Positions 1-12,349 of a DNA stretch of 64,000 nt are shown one piece after another. The translations under genes and the position numbers were made by a program. A model generated the notes under the pieces. It ran no database searches, was not told the DNA's origin, and was given only the letters and a program-made list of their open reading frames with translations. Positions within the stretch are counted from its first letter, which is position 1, and each line of letters starts with the position of its first letter. The stretch comes from Felis catus. Taxonomy: Eukaryota. The stretch spans positions 51,895,815 to 51,959,814 of the forward strand of contig NC_058368.1 of NCBI RefSeq assembly GCF_018350175.1, read 5' to 3'.

Positions 1-290
1 GACCAATTAGGAGGATTTTGTAAAAATGTGAGTGATGAACAATGAGGTCCAAACCAGATGTAGTGGATGATACATTAACTATTAGGCAGAACTGACAGGA
101 CACGGGAGCGGGGGGGGGGGGGGGGGTATAGAAGGGAGGTGCATCTGAGGAGATGGCCCCAATTTCCGGATTAGAGGACTTGCTGGGCAGGGAGGGTGCA
201 GCCAGCGGGTCTGAATAAGTGTGGAAGGCGCCGTGTGTGAAGGGGAGGAAGAAGTGAATCCGGTTTTGTACTTGAATGGTTTTGGCTTAG
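1..290 (+). mobile_element. Old L2 (LINE2) fragment, approximate
   Basis: Purine-rich degenerate sequence resembling L2 3' regions; low certainty. Confidence 0.35.
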
Positions 291-420
291 CATTCAAATA
301 TATCTTTTGTTTTCTGAGCTTGAGCGATCTGTTAGGGGAACTTCAGTTTAGGGACAGTGTGTCTTGTGGTCCTGTGCTGAATTCACAGCTCAGCAGCACG
401 GGGATCTGTGGGCGACTCTC

Positions 421-437
421 TGCTGCCCTCTTGTGGC
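421..437 (-). promoter_or_regulatory. CTCF-like motif in a SLAIN1 intron
   Basis: Reverse complement GCCACAAGAGGGCAGCA fits the CCASYAGRKGGCRS core with one deviation; motif match only. Confidence 0.4.
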
Positions 438-818
438 AGCATGTGTGCTCAGCCAGGACAATGAAATGGAAGCGTTCTCTTTTCAGGTCTCAAGAGGTTT
501 AGTGGCTTACTCATAGTTAAAACTTTCCAGAAGTTAATGTAGTCATGTTGGTGTGATGAGTGGGTATCTCAGAACATGTCAAGTTAGGATTTTAATAATT
601 TTTTTCCCATTTTTCTATGCTAGGAAGAGATACAGTAGTTGTTAGTTTGGTTCTTTTTTTTTTTTTTAATTACTATGCAATAATTTCTGGTGTCTTTTAA
701 AACTAAGTGGCTGTTAAGATTATTCTCTAACCTCACTTTGATACAAATTTATCCATTTGTATACAAATAGCTAATTGATTAGCTAATTCCTACTTATTTT
801 TATAGAACACATTTTTTT

Positions 819-1039
819 ATTTTTTATTTTTTTTATTTTTTTTAACGTTTATTTATTTTTGAGACAGAGACAGAGCATGAACGGGGAGGGTCAGAGAGAG
901 GGAGACACAGAATCCGAAACAGGCTCCAGGCTCTGAGCCATCAGCCCAGAGCCCGACGCGGGGCTTGAACTCACGGACTGCGAGATCATGACCTGAGCCA
1001 AAGTCAGACGCTTAACCGACGGAGCCACCCAGGCGCCCC
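819..1039 (-). mobile_element. SINEC_Fc-type carnivore SINE
   Basis: tRNA-derived head, (CT)n tract, A tail; TSD agaacacattttttt at 804-818 and 1040-1054. Confidence 0.95.
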
Positions 1040-1138
1040 AGAACACATTTTTTTAAACAGTTGCTTGGTAGAGCCTTTCTTGGAGATACTGAGTGTGCTT
1101 TCTATACAGAAGGTTAATTCTATGGTAGCTTGTTATAG

Positions 1139-1423
<285 letters not shown>

Positions 1424-2269
1424 TAATTCGTTAGTAATTTTTAGTTGTAATACAGTTAGAAAACTATCTTACTATTTCATTTTTTTTTCTTTTGCGAACA
1501 TGGCAGGAAACTTTTCTCCTTGTGACTTTTTTTTTTTAACTTCACCATTACAATTGAGTGGTATTTTCATCAGTGCATATGTTATCAATTAATAATTAGT
1601 AAATTATGTTTAATCCTCTAAACCCAAGGATAGCAGTAGAGGCATACACGATGATTAATTTGTTTGCTTGTCGTATGAACAAAAATAACCTCTTCCCTTG
1701 CAGATCTGCTGCTTTCTAGCTATCTCTGCTTGATCCCTTTTCTCTGAAGAAAGCGTATTTGTTCAGTCTTGCTCTTACCTTTGTGCTGTTTTTCACCTTA
1801 GTGTTAGCTTTGTTTCTCTCAAAATGAAGTTATATTTTAGCGTGCAAAGTAGTACTTACCTGCTCCCTTTCAGCTTACCACGCAGTCTGTCATTCATTCT
1901 CTGGATGTTTTACCCAGCAGTGAGCCATGCAACGAGTGTGAAATCTTGTGTTCATACGTTTTTATTTTGTGTGGGGATGTGGTGGTTCCAGGGCCCCCCT
2001 CCCATTCCCGCTCGTGCTGTTTACGTGAGTAGTTGGGGTTAAGTCCGACACTGATCCCTGGGAGGCAGACTCACGGTCACAGTCCCAGTGTTGGTACCCA
2101 AACGTAGGAGGCCTGACGCATGATCAGAGTGTGCTGGCCAAGTCATCGACCAGGGTGGTCTGAAGCCCTTCTACCTCAGATCCATTTTGGGGGTTCACGT
2201 GGCATTTGCCCCACACGAGACGGTTTTTCATTTCTTATTGTCTTAGTTGCTAAAGACAAATTGACAACA

Positions 2270-2460
2270 TTTACCGTGCACAAGGAACTGTGCTAACCGG
2301 TTTACAGCTATTGTCTTACTTGGTTCTGCTAACAACCCTAGGAGGTCGTTTCTGTCCTCGTTCCCATTTTGCATTTTGAGAAAACAGATAAAGGAACAGT
2401 TTGCACAAGGCCATGCAGGTGAAGGAATAGAGGCAGAAGCTTGTTCTGATCACCCCAGAG
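2270..2460. mobile_element. MIR fragment
   Basis: Core-like cccattttgcattttgagaaaacagataaagg...ttgcacaaggccatgcag. Confidence 0.55.
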
Positions 2461-2659
2461 TTTACACTGATCTTTCCCTTCTTTATGCAGCTTGTTGCTG
2501 TTTACCTTTGTCCTACAGCCCAGACACATACCCTTTGAAAAGGCTCTGCTGATGACCCTAACAGACTTCCCCATAAACCCCCAAAACATATCTAGAATGG
2601 ATTAGATTTTTGGTGCTTACCTTTTTCAGTGTGTCGTATTTTGTGGTCTTTATCTTCCA

Positions 2660-2765
2660 TACTAGATTATCAGCTTAGCTGATTTTCTGTGCCTAGCACC
2701 TGGCATGCTGCCTGGTATATAATGAGTTCGCAGTAAACGTTTGAATGAATGAGTAGACGAATGCC
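2660..2765. mobile_element. L2 3'-end fragment
   Basis: cctagcacctggcatgctgcctggtatataatgag...tgaatgaatgagt terminal signature. Confidence 0.55.
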
Positions 2766-3011
2766 ATAGGGCTGTATCAGATTAGGGCTTAATCTGTTGA
2801 TATTGCAATTAATGGCTTGTGTAAAGACTCGGAAGACGACCTGTGAAATTTGTTAATGGTGGGAAACAGAGCTACTAATTTCATGTCAGGCAGCTGGGAC
2901 AATAGGCCAGATGAGATCATGATGAAATTTAACTGAGATTAGTACACAGTTCTATACTTGAGTACCAGAGTTGATCGTATTAGTGTAGACTAGGAAAATA
3001 CAGGGTTGTTG

Positions 3012-3201
3012 TTTTTTTTAATGTTTATTTTTGAGAGAGCGCATGAGTGGGACAGGGGCAGAGAAAGCGGGGACAGAGGGTCTGAAGTGGGCTCTGTGTT
3101 GACAGACTGTACCGAGCCCGATGGTAGGGCTCAAACTCCTGAACCATGAGATCATGGCCTGAGGTGAAGTTGATGCTCAACTGACTAAGCCACTCAGTCA
3201 C
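3012..3201 (-). mobile_element. Older carnivore SINE
   Basis: Diverged SINEC head and body. Confidence 0.85.
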
Positions 3202-3696
3202 TATGTTATAGTTTTTATAGTAGCAAATGTAGTAATGATTAGGAATTTTTGTTAACTCTGACTCTGTGTGGCTTAATAGTGTGATTCGAGTGCCGGAAGA
3301 ACATATGTAGCCCAAAATGGAATGCACACAACAAAGAATGGCCAGTTATGGTCGAAGTGCTCAAAAAATTATGGGAATATAGAACATAAAAAACAACTTG
3401 AAGAAGTTCCCAGAGACCAAGTCAGTGACAGTTGAAGCCACAGAAAAAAATAATTGTGAAGGATTATAACCAACAGAATAACCACAGGTCCATATGTAAT
3501 GGACTAAATACATAAATTGAGAAGGGAAAATTCTTTACAGGAGAATTCCAATTCATCAATGTAAAAAAATAAGGTAGAAAAATCGGTGTTTGAAAGTCAA
3601 ACATAATGAGAGAAGAAAAATCCTTTAGAGCACTGATGTGCAATATGTCGGTCATATGCTTCTTTCAAATCTTAGGATTCTGTTCTCATTTACTTT

Positions 3697-3923
3697 TTTT
3701 TTTTTACTTTTTTTTTTTAACGTTTATTTACTTCTGAGACAGAGAGAGACAGAGCATGAACAGGGGAGGGTCAGAGAGAGAGAGGGAGACACAGAATCTG
3801 AAACAGGCTCCAGGCTCTGAGCAGTCAGCACAGAGCCCTACGCGGAGCTCGAACTCACGGACCGCGAGATCATGACCTGAGCCGAAGTCGGACGCTTAAC
3901 CGACTGAGCCACCCAGGCGCCCC
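3697..3923 (-). mobile_element. SINEC_Fc-type SINE
   Basis: Full SINE; TSD tcatttacttt on both sides. Confidence 0.95.
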
Positions 3924-4199
3924 ATCATTTACTTTCATTTGTAAGCATTCTAAGTGATTATTCTTTATACGTTCTAAGTTTATACCCTGACGATTCCTAG
4001 TTCTGGACCATTTTACTTTGGAAAACACAGAGGTAAGATAATGTTGGAAAGGCAGCATGATACAGAAGGAAGAACACAGGATTTGCAGTAAAACAATCTG
4101 AGTTTGGGTCTTAATCATATGCTCTTGGATAAGTGATAAGTCCATTCTGATTCTTACTTGTAAAATTAGGATTATGTCTGTTTAACTCTCATCGTTTTT

Positions 4200-5225
4200 T
4201 CTTCTTTTAAAATACTCAAGGGGTTGTCTGTTTTGTTTGTGTATTAGGAGAGTTCATAGGATGATTTTCCTGAGTAACTTGTGTAATTTCATTTCAAATG
4301 ATATTGATTGGGATGTCATTGAGTCTGTAGATAAATTTTAGGAGAATTGGTATCTTCATAATATTCTTCTGTTTCATTAGTATGGAACATCTCTTCATTT
4401 ACATCTTCCTCACGTCTCTCAGGCTAAGTGTTCATGGCTTTCTGAAAGGGAGTTTTAATGCATCATAGTGAAATTTATTCTTAAGTGTTTTTTCAAACTT
4501 TCGTTTCTACTTTGCTGGTGTTTAGAAATAGTTGATTTTTGCATTTGATGTTGTATTCAGTGACTTTGTTTAACTTCATTTATCGTGATGATGGTAGAAT
4601 TCAGAATATATCTTATATAATGAGCACATATGAACACTGACACACATATTCTAGAAGGTTCACAAATCCCAAACTGGAACAACCCAGCCTTTCGTCACTA
4701 GGCAGACAGATTGTGACATTCATACAATTGAGTACTGCATAGCGGTGCAAACATGGCTGAATGTCAAAAACATGATGTTGAGTGAAAGAAGCCAGAGGAC
4801 ATACTGTATAATTCCATTTACTTGAAGTTCAGGGTAGGAATAACCCATCTGTGGTGATAAAGTGAGAATAACTGTTACTGTTGTGGAAAGAGGCATGTGA
4901 GCCTTCTGGGGTGCAGATCACTTCCATGGCCTGGAGTGACTGGTGGTGACACAAGTGTGTTCACTTTGAAAATTGAGTACTCGACTTAAGATTTATGCAC
5001 CTTATGTATGTTTTTCAAAAGAAATTGAGGCAAATTGACATACTGAATTTTTAAATTTAGGCTTTTTTTTTCCGAGCTGTTTTAGGCTTACACCGAAATT
5101 AGAAGTACAGAGCTCCCATACATCCCTGCACATCCCTTCCTTTCCTGGTTTTCTGCTAACATCTCGCATTAGTATGGTACATTCATGATACCTGATGAGC
5201 CAATATATTGACATATTCATTGTCA
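4200..5225. mobile_element. Patchwork of ancient L1M fragments (antisense ORF2 piece ~4200-4600, sense 3' end ~4640-5010, antisense 3' end ~5050-5225)
   Basis: Motifs such as tgagtgaaagaagccag, attccatttacttgaagttc and gagtctgtagataaattttaggagaattg. Confidence 0.6.
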
Positions 5226-5354
5226 AAAGCTTACCTAACTAAGGAATGGTAGAATTGGTGGGAAAGGAACTTAGAGATTGTCAACCAACAGAAATTTTAC
5301 TGTGTCACAAAAAATTGGTTGGATCAAAACTATAGCAGAATCTTGCATAGAACC

Positions 5355-5548
5355 TTTTTTTTTAATTTGAGTTTATTGAGAGAGAGAGAAAGCGCACATG
5401 AGAACAGGCAGAGCGAGAATCCCAAGCAGGCTTTGCACCATCAGTGCGAAGCCTGATGTGGGGCTCAAACTCACAAACTTGATCTTGAGATCATGACTTG
5501 ATCTGAAATTGAGTTGGACACTTAATTGACTGAACCATGCAGGTACTT
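5355..5548 (-). mobile_element. Older carnivore SINE
   Basis: Diverged SINEC body. Confidence 0.85.
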
Positions 5549-6437
5549 TGAATTGAGCCTGATGAATATGTGTCATCAGCATTCCTATGTATAGATTTCA
5601 CCTCGGATGCACTTAACATGAAACTGATTTTTTAAGGAAATCATTCAATAGGCATTAAATAAAACCATGGATTTTTTTTCTCCCTTTCTGTTTTTATTTC
5701 AAAAAGATACTGTGTAAGAAAAGATACTGTATATTTTATGGTTAAGTTCAAAATCAGTTAAACTGTTTTAGAAAATGGTGCATCCATGTTTAACTGAATT
5801 GCAAATCTTAGGCAGCAAAGGCTAGAATAGTTTGTAAAAACAGGCAGAGTTGTATGTGTAAGTTTTCATTAAATCTCTGATTCAGTTTTTTCCCCTTGGA
5901 GAAAAGGACTCTACAGTTTAAACTTTCTGCCAAACAGTTCATTGTTTCACGTGAAATGGTACACACCGTTGGGCGTGTAAGTATATTGATGAAATTTTTA
6001 AGAGTTCTTACCCAGAGAGTTCCCTTCATTTTACAGATTTTGCTGTTATCAAGATAATATCACTTGGTGAGTGGTTACTAAGTGTCGGGTGCCATTGTAA
6101 GGCTGTATGTGGATTAACTCATTTACTCTTCCCACCAACTTTAGGAGATAGGTAAATGTCATTATGATATTATTCAATCTGTAATAAGCTGTTTGGACCT
6201 ACTGAGGCCAATAGGTACACCTGTCTTTATGTCACAGCTATTAATTGTCCCCTTGTTTTGTTTTCGTGAAACCATCCCCAGAGCACCCATCAAGAAGATC
6301 CTCATACCTTCCAAGCAAAGAAACTGTCCCGTAAGAACTCAGGGATGATTCCATTTGTTAAAGGAAAGGAAGTCGGTGTTAGATCTGGCTTTTGAATATA
6401 GTTAGGTGCCCAGAAATGTTGCTGATTGACAGGATAG

Positions 6438-6899
<462 letters not shown>

Positions 6900-8554
6900 T
6901 AGGAACCTTTGTTCATTTGTCTCCATCACTTCTTTCGCAGTTTGAAATTGGAGACTGCTGGGGAACCGTCCTCACTCTTCCTGTCTCTGACGTGGCCTGA
7001 TGTGTGGCCTCCTTCCTCTGGAAAGTGAAGGGGTTGGGAGGGGTGGTCCCTTGCGTGGTCAGGTCTTCCCTTCCTCCCTCATCACTTCACTCCTGACGCA
7101 TTATTGGCTTTTGTTTTAATTTACCAGGTAAGCTCCATCTCCAGAGCTTTTGTGTATTTTCCTTTCTTCAGCTTATTTGTACAGCCTGTCCCCACCCCCG
7201 TCCGACCACAGGACTTCACCCACATGAACGCTGTCCACAAGTGCAACTCCACTGACCGTTGTAACTCCTCTTTCTTACCCTCCTTCTCCATTTTCCCCCC
7301 AGAGCCTGTATCCACAGCTGAGGGACTGTAGATTCTACCTCTTCATTAGTTTGTGGTCTGTCCCCTCTAGAACATAAATTGCGTGGGGTGGGGGGGGAGA
7401 GGAGTGTTCACTACTCTAAATCCTCAATGCCAAGAACTATGTCTAGCACAGGATAGAACTGCAAATACTTCTGAAGCAATAATTTATCAAAATAAGCAAA
7501 TCTCAGGCACATGCACACCCTTGCCCACACTCATGCTTTCAAAAGCACCTTAGTGATACTAAGCCGGGGTTAGCTTATGTTGGTAAGTGTAGTATGGTCC
7601 AGGTAGGATTTTTTTATTCTTTAAAATTCCAGATTAGTTGCAAGGCACATATTAGACAAGCTCATGGTCACGATGTACCCCTTCTTGAACTGGAGATCTT
7701 GGAGTCATCAGCAGGGTTCCACGGAGGTGGGTTGAGGATCATTTGGAAGATGAGACTATGGAGGCAGTAACCACAGACAGCTTCCGCAAGAAGTTAGGCT
7801 GTTGAGGAGAGGGCCGGACCACAGTGACAGGATGAAAAGGGATGCGCCAGTAAGCAGTTTTCCCTTCTTTGTCGTCAGGACGTGTAAACAGTCTTTATTT
7901 TTCAATTAGAAGTGTTAGTTTCTGACTTTTTGATCTGAGCCCCTATCAAAAAAACACGTGAAAGTAAACAAAAGTGAATGCCAGAATCCTGCTACCCAGC
8001 TAGGAAGCGTTTCGTTGCAGACTTCATAAATTCTGGCTTATTCTGCCCCGGTAAGTGCAGATCTGTGTTTACCGTCACATTTGATGTGTACAGGCTATTG
8101 TGCCACCTCCAAACTAAGCCTCTGTGAAGGTTGTCACTGCCAGACTATAGGAGAGGTTTCCCCAGAGTTAGGCAGAGACTGGGTAGGATTCATTTTAGAT
8201 TCTTTGCCAGTGTGATAGGCAGATCCTGCTCTGGAAGGTGGAACATTTCTTCTTGGTAATTTGCGATCTGCATTCAAGGAGGCAACTTTATTTTTAGACA
8301 GAGTTTATCTTTTTCTCTCTGATTTTAAGCTATTCTTTATCCTCAGTGGACATTGGTCATTTTTCACTTCTGTTGCAACTCCTGCACCCACAGCACACAT
8401 GGCAGTGTGCCGCGAACGGGGTTTCCAGCCGGGGAGCACGGTGCGAAGGTCGGGTGCGTGAAACCCAGGGCGCGCTTGGGAAGGTGCTAGTGAGTTGTCC
8501 CTGGTGGGGTGGAGAACGGATGAGAGCGAGCGCTGGGACTCCTGGCAGCATTAA

Positions 8555-8659
<105 letters not shown>

Positions 8660-9536
8660 CACTGTCTCGCGTACCCTTGAAGAATGGGAAAGACGTGGAA
8701 ATGAGGGTTGAGTTACCTAGCTGGCTAGGTAACCGTGAACGTCGGGATATTCTTTCCCTTTTGCATTTTAACATATTTACTGCATTGTTTTCCAATGGAC
8801 CAAGCACCAGAGACTAATTATTGCACTTAATATTTGCCTGAGATAATACTGCAACGTTCTCAAATCCACGGTTGCAGTATTGTGACACTTAGATCTAGGA
8901 AGTTTTTGTAGAACTGCTATGTACCTGAATACTTTTTGAGAGAATTGAGATGTATCAATAATGCTTTCTTTGCCATGAGTTTTTTAAAGTAACTTGTTCT
9001 ATTTACTTACGTGTTCTAAACATCTTCCCGTTACATGTTCTGTATTTTAATACATTGCATATTTACAACTAGGTTCTATAATTTATGCTTTGAAATTTAC
9101 TTTTTTATAGTTTACAGGAATTTTATTTTTTGTGCCTATTTCTTTTTACACCTATGTGAACCACTATGGAACAACTTAAATTTTGTGCCATAAGAATATT
9201 TTTGTGGTAAGGTACTATTTTTTTAGCTCTAGGGATATATCAGCAAAAATCCACCATACAATTTGAAAGACCTCATTTTATGTTGGATGAGCACAACATA
9301 AGCTGAAGCATTGCAAGGAGATAGCCAGACAGCAGTTAGATGGTCTTGTCTTTTTCATTGTTAATTTATTGTCCTACGTGGGTTTCAGATTTATAAAGGC
9401 ATCACAGGCTCATTGCACTTAATACCTGCAATGTTTGCTACTGTACCACAATTGATTTTCAATACTTTATTACAGAGGATGAGAAACTGTAATGTTTTAT
9501 TAACAATGCTTCTGGAAATGAATGCATTTTAAAGCA

Positions 9537-9542
9537 AATAAA
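9537..9542 (+). terminator. Proximal polyadenylation signal AATAAA
   Basis: AATAAA in the 3'UTR followed by T-rich sequence. Confidence 0.55.
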
Positions 9543-9650
9543 TCTTTTTGATAGACCTTTTACAAAACCCATTTGCACTAATGAATGCTTTCTTATGGTA
9601 TAGGACTTAATATTTGTTACTGTGTACATTGCTCTTTTGGAATGTTCCGA

Positions 9651-9656
9651 AATAAA
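9651..9656 (+). terminator. Distal polyadenylation signal AATAAA
   Basis: AATAAA with an upstream TGTA element and a downstream GT-rich tract. Confidence 0.7.
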
Positions 9657-10075
9657 GACTATTTCAGCAATACCAGGTCACGCATGAATGTGCAGCATAA
9701 GCAGTATAAATACCATTTCTGTGTTTCACGATAATTGTGAAAGCAGTCATTGTCGCTGTGTATCTCGCACACAGCATTTAGATCTGAAGCAGGTAGGCAG
9801 AATACTTACACTTGTGAAAATTATTCCTCTAGAATGCTCCTGATAAGAAATGGGAGGTTTGGGGTCTCAGGCCATCAAAATTCAAGTAGCCTCTTGCCCA
9901 GAAATACATATATGGATGAACGCTGTCCACAGAGATTAATATTTTGCAGGGGTTGAATTTGAAATACTGTCTCAGTATCAGCAAAATCTTATACACTATA
10001 TCTGGTAGACGTTGGAAAACTTTTCACCTCAAGGTACTAGGGAAAGTTTAGGCGAAGGTTTTAATGGTAGGTTTT

Positions 10076-10297
10076 TTTTTTTTTTTAATTTTTTTTTTCA
10101 ACGTTTATTTATTTTTGGGACAGAGACAGAGCATGAACGGGGGAGGGGCAGAGAGAGAGGGAGACACAGAATCGGAAACAGGCTCCAGGCTCTGAGCCAT
10201 CAGCCCAGAGCCCGACACGGGGCTCGAACTCACGGACCGCGAGATCGTGACCCGGCTGAAGTCGGACGCCTAACCGACTGCGCCACCCAGGCGCCCC
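10076..10297 (-). mobile_element. Young SINEC_Fc SINE
   Basis: CpGs retained; perfect TSD aatggtaggtttt at 10063-10075 and 10298-10310. Confidence 0.97.
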
Positions 10298-11039
10298 AAT
10301 GGTAGGTTTTAAAATAGAAACTTCCATATAATCCCATCTAGAATGGCATTTAACCTGCAAGGTAAATGAAACGTGAGCTAGCGGAGGGGAGATACCAAAG
10401 GGGGGGGGGGGGAGTTATGTTTCTTGAGCACTCCTTTGGTGAGGAAAACTGGAGACTTCACAATCGTTTGTCTATCCCAGATCACCTACTGTTCTTACAA
10501 GATAAAGATCCGAGCCCCAGATAGCACATTAACCTCATATAAACATCTAGCTCCTAGTGAAGCTGACTTACAAATCCGGGTTTAGCTGATCTCAAAAATC
10601 TGTTTTACCGCTGTGCTCTTTCTATGAGCAGATATCGTTAATACATCTTTAAAAAATGGGTTCATATTCTGAGGAAATTAAAGGATTAAATCATTTGTAG
10701 GACAAATATATCTATTCAAAAAAAGTCTGTTTAGCCCTTGGGATAAAAAAGATCTCCACGTCTTGGACCTCACATTCTAGCTGGTGGGAGAAACAGTAAA
10801 CAGTGAGTGAATCACATGATTGGTCCATACTGGTCTGGGAGGGAAAAGAGGTGCTCAAGGTAAGGAGGTGCGGTCAAAGCAGGAGAAAACAGAGATAGGA
10901 AGAGATCACGCTATGAAATGTCATCTGGACAAATCTCATTAAGAGGAAGAAGGAAAATTGGTCCTAAAGTTCCTTCACAGCCTTTCCCCTGGACTTCCAC
11001 AGAACACAGAGCGGTATCCATCATCAATGGATGCCCTAG

Positions 11040-11150
11040 GGTCGTGGTTCTCAGTGTGGTCCCCACATCAGCTCTTGGGAACTTATGAGAAATGCAGATT
11101 CTCAAGCCCCTCCCCGGACCTGCTGGGACAGCCCTCGAGTTGATTTGCCC
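11040..11150. mobile_element. MER5A-like hAT-Charlie fragment
   Basis: gtggttctcagtgtggtcccc...gaaatgcagattctcaagcccctccccggacctgctg. Confidence 0.7.
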
Positions 11151-11159
11151 AACCTCCTC

Positions 11160-11700
11160 CGAGACAGACTTGCTGGGAAGGAGGGAACCGCCTATGCAAA
11201 GGTTTAGGAAGAGCAAGGCCAATGTGGCTGCAAGCAGACAGGACAAGGAGGAAAGCAGTAGACATCAGGGCAAGATCATGAGGGCTTTGTGGCCTGCAAT
11301 GAGGAGTTTCATTTTACTTTGGAATGGGAGCTGTGCGTAGTTGTGAGCCACAGAGTTCATGATCTGCCTTATGTTTAAATATGCTACCCTGGCATTTGGT
11401 GGGAATAGACGAACCTACTTCAGTAATCCAGGCAAGAGAGAAGGAATTGAACCAGGAGGATCACAGTGGAGGTGGTAAAAATGGTCAGCTTTGGAATATG
11501 TTCTAAAAGTACAGCCATCGTGATTCTTTATGGATTGGACATACTCTGTTCAGAAATGAAAACAAGCATTTAGGGCCGGCAATCAGAAGGATGGAGTCTC
11601 TCTGGTAGAAATGGGGAAGGCCATGGGGAAGTACGCATGAAAGCCAGGGTTCCGGCTGAGATCACCAGAGTGAGTTTAGATAGATAAGAGGACTAAGGAC
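11160..11700. mobile_element. L2 fragment, approximate
   Basis: gagtttcattttactttggaatgggagc, gtaatccaggcaagagag and similar L2-type motifs. Confidence 0.5.
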
Positions 11701-11834
11701 AGACAGCTAGCCACATGTGCTTCTAGCTTATGGGAGTTCCTTGTACTGGGTAAATACATCCTGAGAGCTTAGTTTTCAAACATGGAAGGGAGCTATGGTG
11801 TTGGTTTCACACAGAATCTAGCATGACTTCTATT

Positions 11835-12340
11835 TATAATAGCTATCACAGTCTAACGAGTTACCACAAAACTTAGTGACCTAAGAGAGTATCTCACAGT
11901 TTCTGTGGGTCTGGAATCTAGCCACAGCCTAGCTCAGTCTTCTGGCTTAGGGTCTCTACCATGGCTGCGGTGTGTCAGCTAGGGCTGCAGTCATGGGGAG
12001 ACTCGCCTAGGAAAGAATCAGCTTCCATGCTTGCTGACGGGGTTGTTGGCAGGGTTCATTTGTGTGCCATTGACCAGAAGCTGTCCTCAGTTTCTTCCAC
12101 GTGGAATTCTCCTTGGGCAGCTTACAACACAGTGCTTGCTTCCTCTGAACAAACAAGTGAGAGGTGCGAGAAAGTGCACCAGAAATATGGAAATTAGCCT
12201 TATAACTTGAAGCGATATCCCTTCCCTTTGCCATAGTCTATTCATTGGAAGAAGTCACTAAGTCCAGCCCTCATTCAAGGTGAGGGACTATCACAAGAAT
12301 GTTAATACCTGGAGACAAGGATCTTACTAGCTGTCTGCAA
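11835..12340. mobile_element. MLT1-type (MaLR) solo LTR
   Basis: ttaccacaaaacttagtgac, tatctcacagtttctgtgggtc and gaagtcactaagtccagccc are MLT1 hallmarks. Confidence 0.75.
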
Positions 12341-12349
12341 AATACTGCC

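Larger units (their letters stand above)
8660..9680 (+). other. SLAIN1: SLAIN1 3'UTR (end approximate)
   Basis: Repeat-free AU-rich sequence after the stop codon, ending in two AATAAA signals and followed by a GT-rich downstream tract (~9715-9765). Confidence 0.8.

Noticed and set aside
1704..1919. Acceptor-like sites (1703, 1840, 1873) and a donor-like gtgagc (1920) in the SLAIN1 intron
   Set aside because: The resulting exons hit a stop or frameshift (79 or 46 nt); no further support.
10012..10360. Recurrent ORFs such as ETEHERGRGRERGRHRIGNRLQ and MAQSVKRPTSAQVMIS
   Set aside because: Translations of SINE sequence; the repetition reflects SINE copies, not a gene family.
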